Source of the DNA: Amoeboradix gromovi X-113 | Lineage: Eukaryota; Fungi; Sanchytriomycota | Assembly (NCBI GenBank): GCA_018985225.1 | Contig: JADGIF010000358.1 | Location: 1-10,152 of the forward strand | DNA length: 10,152 bases | Direction: 5' to 3' | Part shown: positions 8,178 to 10,152 of the stretch, one piece after another | Numbering within the stretch: the stretch's first letter is position 1 | Layout: every line of letters starts with the position of its first letter | Notes under the pieces: generated by a model | What the model saw: the letters and a program-made list of their open reading frames with translations, nothing else | Told to the model about the DNA's origin: nothing | Database searches by the model: none | Program-made: the position numbers and the translations under genes

Positions 8178-9143
8178 GTGATTTGGATATTATTTGACTC
8201 TCCAGTAGATGCTCCTGTCTACATACAATCGGACCCTATATTTGAAGATCTGATATATGCTCACTCTGAATCATTATTTGCAATCTATATTCCCTCATTA
8301 AATGCAATAACTTTGGATTTGTCTAATAACCCGTCAATCATTCATCTGATATCGCCATACATTGATGACTTTACTGTGTACATTCTAACCTTATTATTTC
8401 CATCGATAGTAAGCTTCAAGTTATTCACAAACCACTTTATATTGGAAACCTACCTCTTGTAGAGAACGGTCAGGAGCAATGCATTCTGAATGAGCCATTT
8501 TATGCATATGAGACTTTGAGTGGATTAACTTTTGGTTCCGCTGACGATAAACCGTCTGAGATTAGTTGGGAGTCATTGATTCCTAACAAGTCATCAGTAG
8601 TAAAACTGGATGAAATTACATGCCAATTAAGACAGGAAGTTAGCATAATAAAACAATGCCAGAACAACATGATGAAGAGAATAGAACTGCAGTCTAGTCT
8701 ATATTCTTCGCAGATGAAAATGATTAAAAATATTGAAATAGAGGTGCAAAAGGAATCACCACTGTTTTCATTGAGAATTAAAAAATGCAATGAACGATTA
8801 ACACATATGACTAGTATGATGAACAAAATATCAAGCGGATATGCCGTATTAAATCAGAATAAGCTTGATACAAAGATAATAAACGAGAGGTTGGGTGAAA
8901 TAATGGATTTGTATAATTCGGTAACAATAACATTAACGTAGACCATGTACAAGGTAAAAACACAGCATGACGATTCAGATATCAACATAGAACAAAGAAA
9001 CAGATGGCAAGTGTATTTGAATGACAAAAAATATTGAGGAACTTAAGTTGAACAGCCAGCTGCAGAAGAGTGAAGCTGATGAGCTAACACAGCACTACAT
9101 GGAGATATACAAGAAAAGCTCAGCTGGCAAACAACAACTTTAA
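8178..9143 (+). pseudogene. 3' portion of a Nup82/Nup88-like protein (propeller end plus C-terminal coiled coil), 5'-truncated and frame-interrupted
   Basis: DPIFEDLIYAHSESLFAIYIP, then a frame change near 8370-8410 into an open frame through 8920 (LDEITCQLRQEVSIIKQCQNNMMKRIELQ). A candidate intron follows, then TMYKVKTQ..., a further frame change near 8995-9040, and NIEELKLNSQLQ...GKQQL* at 9141-9143. The family call rests on remembered motif resemblance only. Confidence 0.4.
8921..8941 (+). other. Candidate 21-nt spliceosomal intron
   Basis: GTAACAATAACATTAACGTAG has a GTAA donor, a TTAAC branch-like motif and a TAG acceptor that is also the in-frame stop. Coding-like sequence resumes in frame right after it. 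Confidence 0.55.
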
Positions 9144-9199
9144 TTAATATCTTGCCTTAATGTGCGGTTACATGAGCTATTTACTAATGGACTGTCGAC

Positions 9200-9229
9200 C
9201 ACGTGACTTATAATATCGAAATACGTGAC
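9200..9229 (+). promoter_or_regulatory. Paired ACGTGAC (E-box/CACGTGAC-type) motifs with TATA-like spacer upstream of LRR2
   Basis: CACGTGAC at 9200-9207 and TACGTGAC at 9222-9229, 22 bp apart, flank TTATAATAT and sit 30-60 bp before ATG 9259. Confidence 0.3.
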
Positions 9230-9258
9230 ATTTCAGCCTCAAAAGTTAAATAAATATC

Positions 9259-10152
9259 ATGAGAATTTCAGAAATTTATTTAATTAGCTTAGCAAGTGGA
9301 TTGGGGGATTCGGTTTGCGTCGCTTTAAGCAAGATCGCTTTAGCTCTGAACATCAATACCATTCAACCACAAATAATGAATCAATTGAATGGAAGTATCG
9401 ACTGCTGCAATGCTTATGGGATAAAGTGTTCTTATTCAAGCTCTTTTTTGGGAATAAAAATTGATTGGAGTCAATTGAATTTGACAGGGTACATTCTAGC
9501 GCCGGATAAATTTCCATACTTCTCGAAAGAGGCCATAGACGGGATTACCTTGAATTTTGCATCAAATTCGCTATCAGGAGCAGCACCAGCTTTCCATTCT
9601 AATGTTAAGCATCTGGATTTAAGTAGCAACTATTATACAGCGGTGTATGAAAACCAACTAAACATGTTTCAGTTCAACATTTCTAATAATAGGATAGCTG
9701 GTACATTTTCTATGGCTTATCCGAGAGAATTCGACATATCGAGCAATTACATTACTGATTTGCAAATACTCAGTACGTCTTATATTAAAACGTGCGACAT
9801 TTCAAATAATCCTTTACTAGGTCACCCAATTCTGAGCAGGTTAACGATGTGCAAGCAAGATGGTCTTTACAGCCCGAGCTTGCTGCCATATAGTGGCCCA
9901 GAAACAACAGAAATTAGCACTAGTGTGACATTAACGACGTCTCTCGTCGATGACACACTATCTGAATTAACTTCATCAACTGAACATAAAACTCATATTC
10001 AAGCAACAACTTTGTCCTCAGTATATTATAGTTTTTCAAAACATTCAGGCATGTTATCAACTAGCTTATACACTAGCAATATGCAGACTACTCGGAATGC
10101 AACTACTTGGTCTATGAATTTAATGAATCAGAATAAGAAATCCGGAACAGCC
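9259..10152 (+). CDS. Secreted/surface LRR protein, paralog of 4530-6295, open to the window end (missing from ORF track)
   Basis: 298 codons without a stop: MRISEIYLISLASGLGDSVC...QPQIMNQLNGSIDCCNAYGIKC...IDWSQLNLTG...LNFASNSLSG...LDLSSNYY...FNISNNRIAG...DISSNYITDL...CDISNNPLLGHP..LTMCKQDGLYSPSLLP, then a Ser/Thr-rich stalk. Confidence 0.9.
   Translation, partial: MRISEIYLISLASGLGDSVCVALSKIALALNINTIQPQIMNQLNGSIDCCNAYGIKCSYSSSFLGIKIDWSQLNLTGYILAPDKFPYFSKEAIDGITLNFASNSLSGAAPAFHSNVKHLDLSSNYYTAVYENQLNMFQFNISNNRIAGTFSMAYPREFDISSNYITDLQILSTSYIKTCDISNNPLLGHPILSRLTMCKQDGLYSPSLLPYSGPETTEISTSVTLTTSLVDDTLSELTSSTEHKTHIQATTLSSVYYSFSKHSGMLSTSLYTSNMQTTRNATTWSMNLMNQNKKSGTA
10070..10152 (+). repeat. Exact 83-bp direct repeat, copy 2 (runs off the window end)
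   Basis: Identical to 7121-7203. Confidence 0.97.

Noticed and set aside
8500-8826. Minus-strand 108-aa ORF
   Set aside because: Antisense shadow of the coiled-coil coding frame.

Overview
AT-rich window that looks eukaryotic (compact microbial eukaryote; taxon cannot be fixed from sequence alone). It is a mosaic of decayed or fragmentary genes. Left end: a GC-richer higher-order repeat array (702-1100) in which four units each carry a 22-nt hairpin with compensatory base changes, plus 26-bp-period TCTCGACC motifs. Then come an interrupted ankyrin/coiled-coil/RING E3 gene, an HNH/His-Me-like Cys-rich ORF, and a surface LRR gene with two in-frame stops. These are followed by a truncated Upf1/DNA2-like helicase tail fused to a copy of an LRR 3' end, a Nup82/Nup88-like 3' half, and a second open LRR gene (9259-end, absent from the ORF track) whose last 83 bp exactly duplicate 7121-7203. 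Two candidate 20-21-nt spliceosomal introns are visible.
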